Source of the DNA: Candidatus Omnitrophota bacterium
Lineage (GTDB): Bacteria > Omnitrophota > Gorgyraeia > VGKH01
DNA length: 64,000 bases
Direction: 5' to 3'
NCBI GenBank assembly: GCA_022703055.1
Contig: JAKLEP010000003.1
Span: 22,238-86,237 of the forward strand
A program made the translations under genes and the position numbers. This document shows positions 49,973-59,925 of the stretch, piece after piece. How positions within the stretch are numbered: position 1 is the first letter of the stretch; each line of letters begins with the position of its first letter. A model generated the notes under the pieces. That model was not told the origin of the DNA. It saw only the letters and a list, made by a program, of their open reading frames with translations, and ran no database searches.

Positions 49973-51454
49973 TTACCTGTCTTTATAACAATAAGCTAAT
50001 GTTAACCCGAATAAACTCCAAAACGGAATAGCAAAATATGGTAACTCTAGGAAAACAATAAAATTTGCTAAAACTAACCAAAATAATAAAGCACTGCTTA
50101 ACAAGAGACCGATAAAATCTCGCCTTGTAATAAAATCTATTGTCAATTTGATGAATAATCCCCAAATAAATATTATGAATAATAATCCCATAATACCTGC
50201 TCTGTATAAAATGTGTATATAAGAATTATGGGGTTCTAGCCAGCCAACATCACTCCCAGTATGCCAACCAATGCCGCTGAGTTGATTTGAAGTTTCCAAA
50301 CTAACTGAACGGAATGGCTTCCCAAAATCCTCTCCCAAAATAATTTTGTCATGATAGACTTCCGAAACCATGTCTCGCCAGACAAACATTCTCCATAATA
50401 TATTGTATTCATCCTGGCCTCCAGATCTTGATATAACTGTTTGTTGTGATTGATTATCAACTTTTTTTATTTTCTCTTTATAATAATCAATGGGCAGCTC
50501 TATAGTTTCATAAACTATCCCTACAAGTTGTTTCGGGATTGAAACAGATGATTTTTCATCAGGTATTCGATATTCGCTATACAGTTTTATATTAGAATCC
50601 TTCGGTTTATATAAGGTACGAGCTGAATGTAGTTCTTTATTGAAGACCATGAAATCATTTATTGTACCTTTGATATTGGCCCAGATCTGTATCCGTTTAT
50701 GCATTTTTTCATTTACTAAGAAATTAAAAATTAATAATAAAATAATAAATGGGGCTAGATAAGAAAAAGATTTAAACTTCCAATTTTTAATTTTAATTAT
50801 TAGTAGTGGGTAAACTATAAACAGTAAATATATAATTGATACCCATAAAGAGATAAACATTCCCTTTGTTTGATTGAAAAGATTCCCAATGAATATAAAA
50901 TAAATAAAAATAATCAGTCCAACTAACTTTAAAAATCTATATTCAAAACTAATATATATCGCAAGAATTAAAATATAATATATAAATTGAAAATAGAGAG
51001 AAGGGTATGCTAAAGAGGCAAGAGTGGTTAATAAAATTAAAATAGCTAATTTAATACTGATTTTTTCAAATATGTTTTTATTATAAAAATAATAACTGAA
51101 TATAGCAAATATCGTATAATAAAAAAGGGCGGCGGATCTAAAAGAAAGTGCTCCCCATTTATAATATCCGGATAGCGCCTTTAGAACAATGAAGCCGAGA
51201 AAGGCTAAGAAAAGATAATGCCAAATACCAAGTTTTGCCTTTAATTTTGTAGTCTTATAGGTTAATAAAATAAAACAAGTCCCCAGCAAAATTTCCCCAA
51301 TGAAGATAGGAAAATTGACAAATTCAAATCTTATATTTAATTTTGCAAAATTATTAGCGAATAACGAATATAACAAACAAAATAGCCCAATCCCAAAAAT
51401 ACAAAAAATATCAATCCAAAATATATCATTATAATGTATTTTCTTGAGTTGCAT
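49973..51454 (-). CDS. Wzy-type O-antigen polymerase/ligase family membrane protein (second Wzy_C protein)
   Basis: This 493 aa protein is very hydrophobic and has a central soluble loop. The Wzy_C-like signature is PHNSYIHILYRAGIMGL. Confidence 0.65.
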   Translation of the reverse strand: MQLKKIHYNDIFWIDIFCIFGIGLFCLLYSLFANNFAKLNIRFEFVNFPIFIGEILLGTCFILLTYKTTKLKAKLGIWHYLFLAFLGFIVLKALSGYYKWGALSFRSAALFYYTIFAIFSYYFYNKNIFEKISIKLAILILLTTLASLAYPSLYFQFIYYILILAIYISFEYRFLKLVGLIIFIYFIFIGNLFNQTKGMFISLWVSIIYLLFIVYPLLIIKIKNWKFKSFSYLAPFIILLLIFNFLVNEKMHKRIQIWANIKGTINDFMVFNKELHSARTLYKPKDSNIKLYSEYRIPDEKSSVSIPKQLVGIVYETIELPIDYYKEKIKKVDNQSQQTVISRSGGQDEYNILWRMFVWRDMVSEVYHDKIILGEDFGKPFRSVSLETSNQLSGIGWHTGSDVGWLEPHNSYIHILYRAGIMGLLFIIFIWGLFIKLTIDFITRRDFIGLLLSSALLFWLVLANFIVFLELPYFAIPFWSLFGLTLAYCYKDR

Positions 51455-51529
51455 TAGCTCTCCTTATTAATATACTAAATAATGTTTATAATTGTTTAAA
51501 AACTATTTCACTAAAATTATATTGCTTTA

Positions 51530-52567
51530 TCAAACGTCTTTTTCAATAACATCAAGAATAACTTTAGCAAAGCTTTCTTTTGTAAAAAGTTTGTATTTCT
51601 CAGAACTTAAATATATGCGAGCATTTTCGCGATATTGCTGAATTTCATTTTCAGTCAAAGATTGAAGGTATTCTCTTAAATTAGAATAATCGCTGAATTC
51701 CCTCATATCAATAAAACATTCCTTTGGAACATAATTAGTTATATCTGGAGCTCCTAAATATACTGGAATCGTTCCAGTAAAAAAACAATCAAAGATTTTC
51801 TCGGTAACATAGCCTTCGAATATCATGTTTTCAAAACAAAGGGCAAAATTATATTGTGCAAGCATTTCATATTTCGATTTTATCGAACCCTTATAACATT
51901 TCAAAATCGATTTTCGATTTAATAAATACGGCCAATATAAAATATGTTTTCTCCAGCCGTATCCGTATAAGTCAAAGTCGTTGTATTGGCTGAAAAATTC
52001 TATTGCCCTAATTCTCTCTCTGTAAAGTTCTTTTTTAGCTAGTACTGGCTTTTTGTTAGCATTTATTAAAGTTAAAAATTTTCTTTTCTTGTTTCCCCAT
52101 AGACTCTCTATTACTGAATTTTCTGTTTGCGGCCAGTAAAATTTATGTATATTTTTTGTTTTATCGATATATTCGGATAGCTCATCGCTGGTATTATGAA
52201 GAAAAATATTTTTAAAAAAGGTTGATATTCTTTTTATGTTTTTATAAAGTTCGGGGGCCACTACCAATGGTTCAAATATAAAAAAAGAATTTAATATTAC
52301 ATTCCGCTTTAGGGCAAGCTTTCGATAGTTTTTTACTACTCCTAAAGAAATATAAATGTTTAATTTTTCTGACTCCGAGCCATTCGATAAATAATCGGCA
52401 GTAAATACGCTATAGCCTTTAGATTCAAGAAACTTTTTAAGATAAATAAACGGTAAAAGACAATTATCTCTATTCAGATTATTATTCTTTTCATCGAATA
52501 GTCTATTTTTATAATAGCTTTTTGAGGTTGGATCGATAAATATTTTTATATCATTTACATTAACCAT
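51530..52567 (-). CDS. GT10-family (alpha-1,3/4-fucosyltransferase-like) glycosyltransferase
   Basis: FALCFENMIFEGYVTEKIFDCFFTGTIPVYLGAP matches the FucT motif (FENS...YVTEK..DA....IPIY.G). Confidence 0.75.
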   Translation of the reverse strand: MVNVNDIKIFIDPTSKSYYKNRLFDEKNNNLNRDNCLLPFIYLKKFLESKGYSVFTADYLSNGSESEKLNIYISLGVVKNYRKLALKRNVILNSFFIFEPLVVAPELYKNIKRISTFFKNIFLHNTSDELSEYIDKTKNIHKFYWPQTENSVIESLWGNKKRKFLTLINANKKPVLAKKELYRERIRAIEFFSQYNDFDLYGYGWRKHILYWPYLLNRKSILKCYKGSIKSKYEMLAQYNFALCFENMIFEGYVTEKIFDCFFTGTIPVYLGAPDITNYVPKECFIDMREFSDYSNLREYLQSLTENEIQQYRENARIYLSSEKYKLFTKESFAKVILDVIEKDV

Positions 52568-53589
52568 AGATTTAATGCATTTATTTGTTTTTTAACATTA
52601 AATAGGGTAAATAATAACAAAAAACCGAACATGAATGATTTAGATAAATTTTTTATAGTCTTTGGGCTAGACAAAAGTTTATGCCAAGAAAATGATTTTA
52701 ATAGAAGACTTCGTGCTTCGTTTTGCTTTCTTTGTTTAATTAGATTAAATGAGATTTTGACATCATCCCAAAATTTGTTAAATTCATATTGTCCTAATAC
52801 AGATTTTTTTAATTGAATATTTTTTGCTTCCAAAGATGAATTCAGGTACTCGTCTAAAATAACAAAATGATTTGCTCTACTAATGCGCGTAGATTCATAT
52901 CTATACGTTCCTCGAGATCTGCTAATTCGCCTTCTGATTAGGCGCTCTTTCAGAATTCCTATAGAATATTTTTCTGCGATTTTTAGCCACAAAGCCATAT
53001 CGCTTCCCGAACCATCTGAATCGCCGTATTTTAATGTTTCATCAAACAGGCCAACGTTATCTATAACATTCCTTTTTGTCATAAATGTTGGCGTAACCAA
53101 GAAGCTCCCAGATTTATATAATAATTCTTGAAATAGAACACTGAAATCTAAGATAGCACTATTTCCAATGTTTTTAGGTAGCTCTACTCCGTTCCCGATA
53201 AATATGTCTTTTTCATTGATTAATTTATCCAAAGAAAAAACCGCACCAACTCTTAAATTTGATAATAAAAAGTTAACTTCCTTTTCGATAATTTGCGGTT
53301 CGTAAATATCGTCTGAATGATATATTGCTATACATTCTCCTTTTGCCATCTTTAACCCGAAATTCCAATTAGTTATACAGCTTGTTGTTTTTGAACTTTT
53401 GTAATATTTTATCCTTTCATCCTTGAAGGAATCCACTATCTCCTTCGTGTTGTCCGTGGAGGCGTTATCACAAACTATTATCTCCAAATCTTTATAAGTC
53501 TGATTAATAATAGATTCTAAGGATTTCTTTAAGTAATTTGAGTCATTATAAGTTGGGACACAAACACTAACAAGAGGGTTATTTACCAT
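52555..53589 (-). CDS. GT2-family glycosyltransferase
   Basis: The N-terminus reads VSVCVPTYNDSNYLKKSLESIINQTYKDLEIIVCDNASTDNT, followed by a DxD-type SDD. Confidence 0.85.
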   Translation of the reverse strand: MVNNPLVSVCVPTYNDSNYLKKSLESIINQTYKDLEIIVCDNASTDNTKEIVDSFKDERIKYYKSSKTTSCITNWNFGLKMAKGECIAIYHSDDIYEPQIIEKEVNFLLSNLRVGAVFSLDKLINEKDIFIGNGVELPKNIGNSAILDFSVLFQELLYKSGSFLVTPTFMTKRNVIDNVGLFDETLKYGDSDGSGSDMALWLKIAEKYSIGILKERLIRRRISRSRGTYRYESTRISRANHFVILDEYLNSSLEAKNIQLKKSVLGQYEFNKFWDDVKISFNLIKQRKQNEARSLLLKSFSWHKLLSSPKTIKNLSKSFMFGFLLLFTLFNVKKQINALNLWLM

Positions 53590-54604
53590 ATTTTATCCCT
53601 GTAAGATTAAAAATTTCTTTAATTCTTTTTTCATATGTATGTTCGCTTAGTGTTCTTTTATAGCCATTCTGTGCGATTTCGCCACGCTCAGATTCGTTTT
53701 TTAAATAATATCTTATTTTTTCAATTAAGTCGTCCATATCCATATAAATCGTGATTTCCTTGCCAACCTCATAACAGTGCTCTAATCCTTCAACGTAATA
53801 AGATAATTGAAACCCTCCGCAACCAGGAATTTCAAAATGTCTACCCTTTATTTGTTCTCTATTTTTTACGTCTCCCTTTTTAAAACGCGACATCGCATTC
53901 CTGAATGCCTTTGCGGAAGATAGCATATATCTAATATCTAAGCTACCGCTATTTGATAAATTTAAATTTATCTTGCTCTGATTAAAAACATTTATCAATT
54001 CCTCGAAGGAAATATATCCATTTTTCCATCCCGCTCCCACTATATAAACATTGATACCCGCTTTCCTCAGCTTTTTTAATATCCATTCTCTATAGGGATG
54101 ATACGCTCCGGCAAAAGAAACATCGTACTTTTTAGGAAAATCATTTTTTGCCCATAAATAGTGATTACATCCGAAAGGCGAATAGATCACTTTCTCTAAT
54201 CCCCTCTCTCGCCATTTTCTGATTCCATTAAAATCAGGCGTGGTTATGTAGTCAAAATGAGGCGCCCAATAGGTAGAAAACTTTATTCTCCACTGATCGT
54301 CCCAGAAATAACATAAAGTTTTAGTATGTTCTCTTATTTGGTCTAAAACTTCAGGAATAAATTGATTTGTATATAAAGAAAATATGGTTAATTCAGGTTT
54401 TTCTTTTTTAATCGTTCTTAGCAACTGCTCGTTGAGTAAATACTTTTCTTGTTTATCAAAAACGTTCTTGTAATCAAAAAATAAAGCATTCTCTCCTAAC
54501 ACTCTCTTTAATACATCATAAATATTGTAATAATCGTAAGAGAAACCTCGCTCTTTAATTCCATAATCATATAGCATCGAAACCATTAAGACTTTAGTAT
54601 TCAT
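53579..54604 (-). CDS. CgeB-family / DUF3880-type glycosyltransferase
   Basis: The C-terminal region GRHFEIPGCGGFQLS...IAQNGYKRTLSEHTYEKR is typical of the CgeB-like Glyco_trans_1_2 family. Confidence 0.65.
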   Translation of the reverse strand: MNTKVLMVSMLYDYGIKERGFSYDYYNIYDVLKRVLGENALFFDYKNVFDKQEKYLLNEQLLRTIKKEKPELTIFSLYTNQFIPEVLDQIREHTKTLCYFWDDQWRIKFSTYWAPHFDYITTPDFNGIRKWRERGLEKVIYSPFGCNHYLWAKNDFPKKYDVSFAGAYHPYREWILKKLRKAGINVYIVGAGWKNGYISFEELINVFNQSKINLNLSNSGSLDIRYMLSSAKAFRNAMSRFKKGDVKNREQIKGRHFEIPGCGGFQLSYYVEGLEHCYEVGKEITIYMDMDDLIEKIRYYLKNESERGEIAQNGYKRTLSEHTYEKRIKEIFNLTGIKYGK

Positions 54605-56085
54605 AAATTTCCAAATACAATTGATTTAATTTTTTGTTCAAAATCGTCTAAAAAGGGCATTTTTAACGGAAATTTAAGCCATTTCCTTGCTAAAATCACC
54701 TCAATCAATAAAACGTAAATCCCTGTTGCTGATAGTAACATGATTGACTGAAAAAGTGTGGGCATCAATAACACTTTCTTCATGGCTGAGAAAAATGCAA
54801 TTACCGGTAAGCTAAGGGTAAATCCATAAAAAATTCGTTTCCAGGGAATCTGAATTGGCAGAAGCTTTCTCATTTTAAAATAAAGATGGACTAAGGCAAG
54901 CAACCATCCAAGGAAAAGAGCCAGTCCTGCTCCAAGAAACGGGTTAATTTTTACGAACAAAAAGACGCCTGTTATCGCTACGAAAGCCCCGGTTATACCT
55001 GGAAAAATAAGAGGCTTCATCTTCATTTCGGCATGAGACACCATTCCTAGCGTGGAAAAAATCATCCTCAGCAACTCTGAAACTGCGCCCCACAAAACAA
55101 TGCTTCCTACTGCATGAAACTTCTCGTCAGTAAAAACTGTGATAAATAAATGTCCCCCCGCAGATACATAAACTGCTACAATTATTGCTGCAGGAAAAAA
55201 GGCATAAGAATAATTATTCCAGGCAATAGTTTTCTCTTTTTTATCGCTATTAGAAATATCATTATAAAAAACAGGATGATAGTATTGATTAAATAAGGTG
55301 TCAAAGGAAAGCATCAAATTGCTTCCTATTCCGAAACCAACAACAAAAAAACCAAGAAGCTCAGTTCCTGCAATGCTTTGAAAAACAAAACGATAACCTT
55401 GCGTATGGCACCAGTACAAGAAAGTTCCGATTGCAAGCGGCCAGGCGAAATTAAATACCGCAGACAAAGTAAAACCTTCTTTATTGTTGGATGTGGCGCT
55501 ATTGTTTTTTCTTAATATTTTAAAGAGAACTGGTATCGCTAGAAATAGAACCAACGCATTCCCAAGTAATTGTCCCAAAAGCCAATATTCAGCTTTTGAA
55601 AATAACCTCAAGACAAAAAATATAGAAATACCTATGCCTAGCCATAAAGTCAAAACGCTAAAAAAAACGAATAAAAATCTTTTCCTAAACAGATTTAACC
55701 AGCCTAAAACAGATGTGTTCAGGCTATAAAGTAGAATACTTCCAGCAATAATAATAAATATCCATAAGGAACTGGCTATAATGCCTATTCCAATCAAGTA
55801 GTTTAGAATAACAATGCCAAATCCCGCTAGCAATGACACAATTATGAAGTATTTAAATAAACAAATCAAATTCTTATGAACAACTTCAAGCGTATCCCAT
55901 TCAATAATTTTCCTATTTACATACATAACAACTGGGTTAAGCAAAACCAGCGCAAACCAGCCATAAATTGCTAAAAAAATATTTAAACGGCCAATTTCAG
56001 TAGGTGAAAGTAAAGTAGTAAATAAACGAATAGAAATAATGGAGGTAATCATTATCAGAATTCGCCCAAGTACTATGATAAACAT
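54601..56085 (-). CDS. wzx: Wzx-like polysaccharide flippase (MOP superfamily)
   Basis: The 494 aa protein has about 12-14 hydrophobic helices throughout. The call rests on its position within the GT cluster and on topology, with no specific motif. Confidence 0.6.
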   Translation of the reverse strand: MFIIVLGRILIMITSIISIRLFTTLLSPTEIGRLNIFLAIYGWFALVLLNPVVMYVNRKIIEWDTLEVVHKNLICLFKYFIIVSLLAGFGIVILNYLIGIGIIASSLWIFIIIAGSILLYSLNTSVLGWLNLFRKRFLFVFFSVLTLWLGIGISIFFVLRLFSKAEYWLLGQLLGNALVLFLAIPVLFKILRKNNSATSNNKEGFTLSAVFNFAWPLAIGTFLYWCHTQGYRFVFQSIAGTELLGFFVVGFGIGSNLMLSFDTLFNQYYHPVFYNDISNSDKKEKTIAWNNYSYAFFPAAIIVAVYVSAGGHLFITVFTDEKFHAVGSIVLWGAVSELLRMIFSTLGMVSHAEMKMKPLIFPGITGAFVAITGVFLFVKINPFLGAGLALFLGWLLALVHLYFKMRKLLPIQIPWKRIFYGFTLSLPVIAFFSAMKKVLLMPTLFQSIMLLSATGIYVLLIEVILARKWLKFPLKMPFLDDFEQKIKSIVFGNL

Positions 56086-56145
56086 TTTACTGATCTTCCT
56101 TTTCTTTAGAAATATTCATTCCTGATTTTGAAGTTAGCGGAATAG

Positions 56146-57150
56146 TTAAGTTTCATTTTTGCGCTTATAATTAATCAAAGATTTTCTTAAGTTATAAATA
56201 AAAGTACAGAGATTGCTTGGTAAAAACATTAAAGGGAAAATGAAAAACCAAAAAAAAGGATATTTTTTGAATTCTTTAATGAATTTTAAAGTGTAAGGTT
56301 TAAAAACTATGCTATTACTTCTCGAGACTAATATTTCTCTAGGTAGGCTACTAAACATCACTTCAACTGTTCGTCTGACAGATTTCCTGCTATACTTGCT
56401 GCTGTGAGCATTTATTATCCTCATCAAGCTAATTGTATTTTTCAGATTTTTCTCACCATGTTTATCCCATCGCAAGTTATTATACCGATATAAAACATAA
56501 GGTTTTGAGATGCAATAAGAACTATTCCCTGGTAAAAGCGAAAGCAGGGTGGCAAACTGAATCCAAAACGAACCCATATAAATACTGTTATCCGTCTTTT
56601 CCCATAATGAACGATTGACGATATTTGATGAAAGAAGAACCGGAGTCAACCTAACAGTATGCAAAAAATCATCAGCGGTTTTACAAAAGATATCGCTTTT
56701 TGAAGTAATTCCATATCTACCTATTTTATATTGTTGTTTTAAATCTAGGCTGGCAGACTGCCAATTAACAAATATTGCGGCAATATTTCTATTTTCTTCT
56801 AGAACACTTAAAACTTTTTTTAGCGAGCCTTCTAGCATCTTGTCATCATCGCTAAAAAGCCATACATACTCTCCCTTTGATCTTCTTACAGACAAATCAA
56901 TATTTCTGTCAGGGCCAAGATCCATTTCATTTCTAAAATAAGAAAATATTCCGGGGTATCTTTCTTTATATTCGTCAATTATCATAGGTGTTTTATCTGT
57001 AGAAGCATTATCGCTGATTACTATTTCGATTTTTTCCTCAATATCGTTTAATTGAGAAACAATACTATCAAGCGCTTCCCTTATATATTCTGATCCATTA
57101 TAAGTTGGAATTCCAATAGACAACCTCAAACGAGAAGTACTTAATTCCAT
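56146..57150 (-). CDS. GT2-family glycosyltransferase
   Basis: The N-terminus reads LSIGIPTYNGSEYIREALDSIVSQ...EIVISDNASTDKT, followed by a FSDDD DxD motif. The C-terminus has a TM segment. Confidence 0.85.
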   Translation of the reverse strand: MELSTSRLRLSIGIPTYNGSEYIREALDSIVSQLNDIEEKIEIVISDNASTDKTPMIIDEYKERYPGIFSYFRNEMDLGPDRNIDLSVRRSKGEYVWLFSDDDKMLEGSLKKVLSVLEENRNIAAIFVNWQSASLDLKQQYKIGRYGITSKSDIFCKTADDFLHTVRLTPVLLSSNIVNRSLWEKTDNSIYMGSFWIQFATLLSLLPGNSSYCISKPYVLYRYNNLRWDKHGEKNLKNTISLMRIINAHSSKYSRKSVRRTVEVMFSSLPREILVSRSNSIVFKPYTLKFIKEFKKYPFFWFFIFPLMFLPSNLCTFIYNLRKSLINYKRKNET

Positions 57151-58550
57151 CTAGAACTCCTGAAATTTGTTAAGCTAAAAACTTTTTTTACCGTCTGAAC
57201 AGGAGATTTTAGTAAATAAACAAATCCTTTATAAACAAAAAAGGCTCTTCCTCTTATAGCAAAAAAACCAGAAGTCATTTTTGCCTTTAATCTCAATAGA
57301 TCTTGATAAGAATGTTCGACAGTAAAATAGGGAACTTCTTTATCTGACAACCAGTAATCGTCCCCAATCAATCTTTTTTCTTTCATTAAATCAAAAACTT
57401 CAGTATTTGGGTATACCCACAAAATGGCAACTCCGTAAACTCCAAATTTTCTTATCTTATACAACTCTTTAAGGAAATTCACGGACTCCTCTACTGTTTT
57501 ATCGCTTTCTCCGGGAAAACCTAACATCATATAAAGGGTTATACTTATTTTTTTTACCTTCGTTAAGTTTCTGAAGGTCTCTTTTACGTCTTCCCGAGTT
57601 ATGTTTTTATGGATTGAAGCTAATAGTTTCTCACTGCCTGTTTCAAGCCCAAAACCGATGCTTACAAATCCCGCCTCTTCCATCAGCTTAAACATCTCTT
57701 TGCTGGAAGGCTTTATCCTTGCCGAACACGAGAGTTTCACTTTAATATTTCGTTTTACTATTTCCTTACAAAATTCCATCGCCCTTTCTACATCAAGAGT
57801 AAAGGTATCATCCGCTATTTGTATAGAATTAATGTTTTTAAATGCGCTTAATATATATTCTATTTCCTTTATAATATTATCAACAGATCTTTTCCTATAT
57901 ATCCTCTTTGATATTGTATGCAAACAGCAAAAACTGCATTTAAAAGGACATCCTCTGCTTGTCAAAATACAAGCCATTTTCCTTTTGCTAGTGATAAAGA
58001 GTTCATGTTTTGGAAAAGGTAGTTCGTCTAAGTTTTCTACTAACTCTCTTTCTTCGGTTTTGACCACTTGCCCGTTTCTTCTGTAAGAAATGCCTCTTAT
58101 CTTTGAGGTGTCTTCAGCTTTATCCAAAGCCCTTAACAATTCAACTATTGTCTTCTCGCCTTCTCCTAAAACCGCATAATCAATATCAAAATTGTTTAGA
58201 AGTTGCTCGTACATTATGGTTGCATGCACTCCCCCGATAATTACCTTGATATCATTTTTTAATTCTTTTGCAATTTTAAATACTTTGTAACTGGTAACTC
58301 TATTCATGGAGAATAGTTGCATTAAAAGATAATCCGGGTTAAAGCCAGAAATCTCTTCTCTGATATCATTTAATGAAGCAACCTCGTCAGATGTATTATA
58401 ATTTTTCGTCTTAATAGCGTACCCGGATTTTTCAATTACAGAATGAAGATACCCCAATCCTAAACTGTATGAATTTTCATCGTCGGATATATTTTTAAGT
58501 TTAAAACTTTCTTCTAAGGGAGCGCTTATTAGGAGTATTCTTTTCATCAC
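57141..58550 (-). CDS. B12-binding (class B) radical SAM enzyme no. 3
   Basis: The N-terminus has VIIGGVHATI and the radical SAM motif is SRGCPFKCSFCC. FGLETGSEKLL and MLGFPGES are also present. Confidence 0.85.
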   Translation of the reverse strand: MMKRILLISAPLEESFKLKNISDDENSYSLGLGYLHSVIEKSGYAIKTKNYNTSDEVASLNDIREEISGFNPDYLLMQLFSMNRVTSYKVFKIAKELKNDIKVIIGGVHATIMYEQLLNNFDIDYAVLGEGEKTIVELLRALDKAEDTSKIRGISYRRNGQVVKTEERELVENLDELPFPKHELFITSKRKMACILTSRGCPFKCSFCCLHTISKRIYRKRSVDNIIKEIEYILSAFKNINSIQIADDTFTLDVERAMEFCKEIVKRNIKVKLSCSARIKPSSKEMFKLMEEAGFVSIGFGLETGSEKLLASIHKNITREDVKETFRNLTKVKKISITLYMMLGFPGESDKTVEESVNFLKELYKIRKFGVYGVAILWVYPNTEVFDLMKEKRLIGDDYWLSDKEVPYFTVEHSYQDLLRLKAKMTSGFFAIRGRAFFVYKGFVYLLKSPVQTVKKVFSLTNFRSSRWN

Positions 58551-58551
58551 T

Positions 58552-59925
58552 TTATTTATTTTTAATAAAGATTATTTGTTTTTTAAAAATAAAATACATA
58601 AAAAAAGGAAAAATATATACGATAATTGTTTTTATCAAAATATCCAGTTTGAATATTGGGTATTTTTCTAAAATTATAGTTGGGAGCTCAGCAGAGAATT
58701 TAAATAAATGTGAAATTATATAAATTAAATACAAAAGGCCCCCTTTAAAAATTACTATTAAGAATTCTGTTGGCTGCTTAAATAAAGTCTTCCACACTTC
58801 AAGCTGGTAAAACAAATTACCCCCACTCCATCCGCCTTCTGATACCGGCTTAACCGAGAAATCCTGAATGAAACTTAGATTTGTTTTATTGCCCTCATAA
58901 GATAAAAGAGAAAATGTAGAAACTAATGCGATCGCGAAAAATATAAATAATATTTTTTTATAACCATATTTTTTCTGAATCTTTCCTAACAAGAAAGAAA
59001 ACGGAAAAACAACGATTGGCAATAAGGAAAAAATGATATACCTATAGCCATACCAGCCGCCAAAATGAGGAACGCCAGCAGTTATATAAAAATTAAATAA
59101 TAATGAAAGAAAAAGATAAATTAAGGGCTTTTTGTTTTCGTATCTCATAAAAAATAACGCATAAAGCCCCAATAACATAAAAGGTACGGTGTAAATAAGC
59201 CCCATGTCAGGCCAAAAGAATATATAAAGCATTCTTTGAATTAAAAATAACGGACCGCGCCATTTAAGAAACTCTCCAGCATTTGATGCATGAAAATAAG
59301 TCTCTCCATAAACAAAAGTAGGCAATATTTTGAAAATAAAAGCAAGAAACAGCGTTATAGCATAAACACCTATAATTTCCTTGATTTTTTCTTTATACGA
59401 AAATCTTCCGTTACGAAAACAGAAAATAACCATTGGCGCAATCAAAGATACGAATACATTGTTATACCTTACTAAAAAAATTAAGCCATTGACTAACCCT
59501 AAAATTAATACATGAAACGCGGATGTTGTATCTAAAAATTTAATTTTTGTATCTTTCAAAATGAAATAAACAATAATGCACATTAGAAATAACTCGTAAA
59601 TATGCGAAAAAACCGGCCGCCGAAAAACATACAAGGGAAACATTTGTAAAAGCAATAAGAAAAGAATTGTAAAAAATGATATCTTTTCATCAAAATAGTA
59701 GCGCAAAGCTTTATAAAGCAGCAAACAAAGGAGCCAAAAATAGAAATAAGTCGAAATCAAAAAGCCAAAAAGAGACCAAGAAGGCCATACATTTTCTTTT
59801 TCTCTCTTTTGAACAATTGAAGCACCTTGCAGGCGGTCTATCAGGGAAAAGGCGAAAACAAAAGGCGAAGCCATAATTCCTGCGCCAATATTATGCATTG
59901 GCATACCCTGCCCTTGAAATTCCAT
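58552..59925 (-). CDS. Large polytopic membrane protein, possible GT-C-type glycosyltransferase or polymerase (function unassigned)
   Basis: The 457 aa protein has at least 10 hydrophobic segments. It lies downstream of a polyprenyl-P GT2-like gene. I recognise no diagnostic motif. Confidence 0.45.
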   Translation of the reverse strand: MEFQGQGMPMHNIGAGIMASPFVFAFSLIDRLQGASIVQKREKENVWPSWSLFGFLISTYFYFWLLCLLLYKALRYYFDEKISFFTILFLLLLQMFPLYVFRRPVFSHIYELFLMCIIVYFILKDTKIKFLDTTSAFHVLILGLVNGLIFLVRYNNVFVSLIAPMVIFCFRNGRFSYKEKIKEIIGVYAITLFLAFIFKILPTFVYGETYFHASNAGEFLKWRGPLFLIQRMLYIFFWPDMGLIYTVPFMLLGLYALFFMRYENKKPLIYLFLSLLFNFYITAGVPHFGGWYGYRYIIFSLLPIVVFPFSFLLGKIQKKYGYKKILFIFFAIALVSTFSLLSYEGNKTNLSFIQDFSVKPVSEGGWSGGNLFYQLEVWKTLFKQPTEFLIVIFKGGLLYLIYIISHLFKFSAELPTIILEKYPIFKLDILIKTIIVYIFPFFMYFIFKKQIIFIKNK

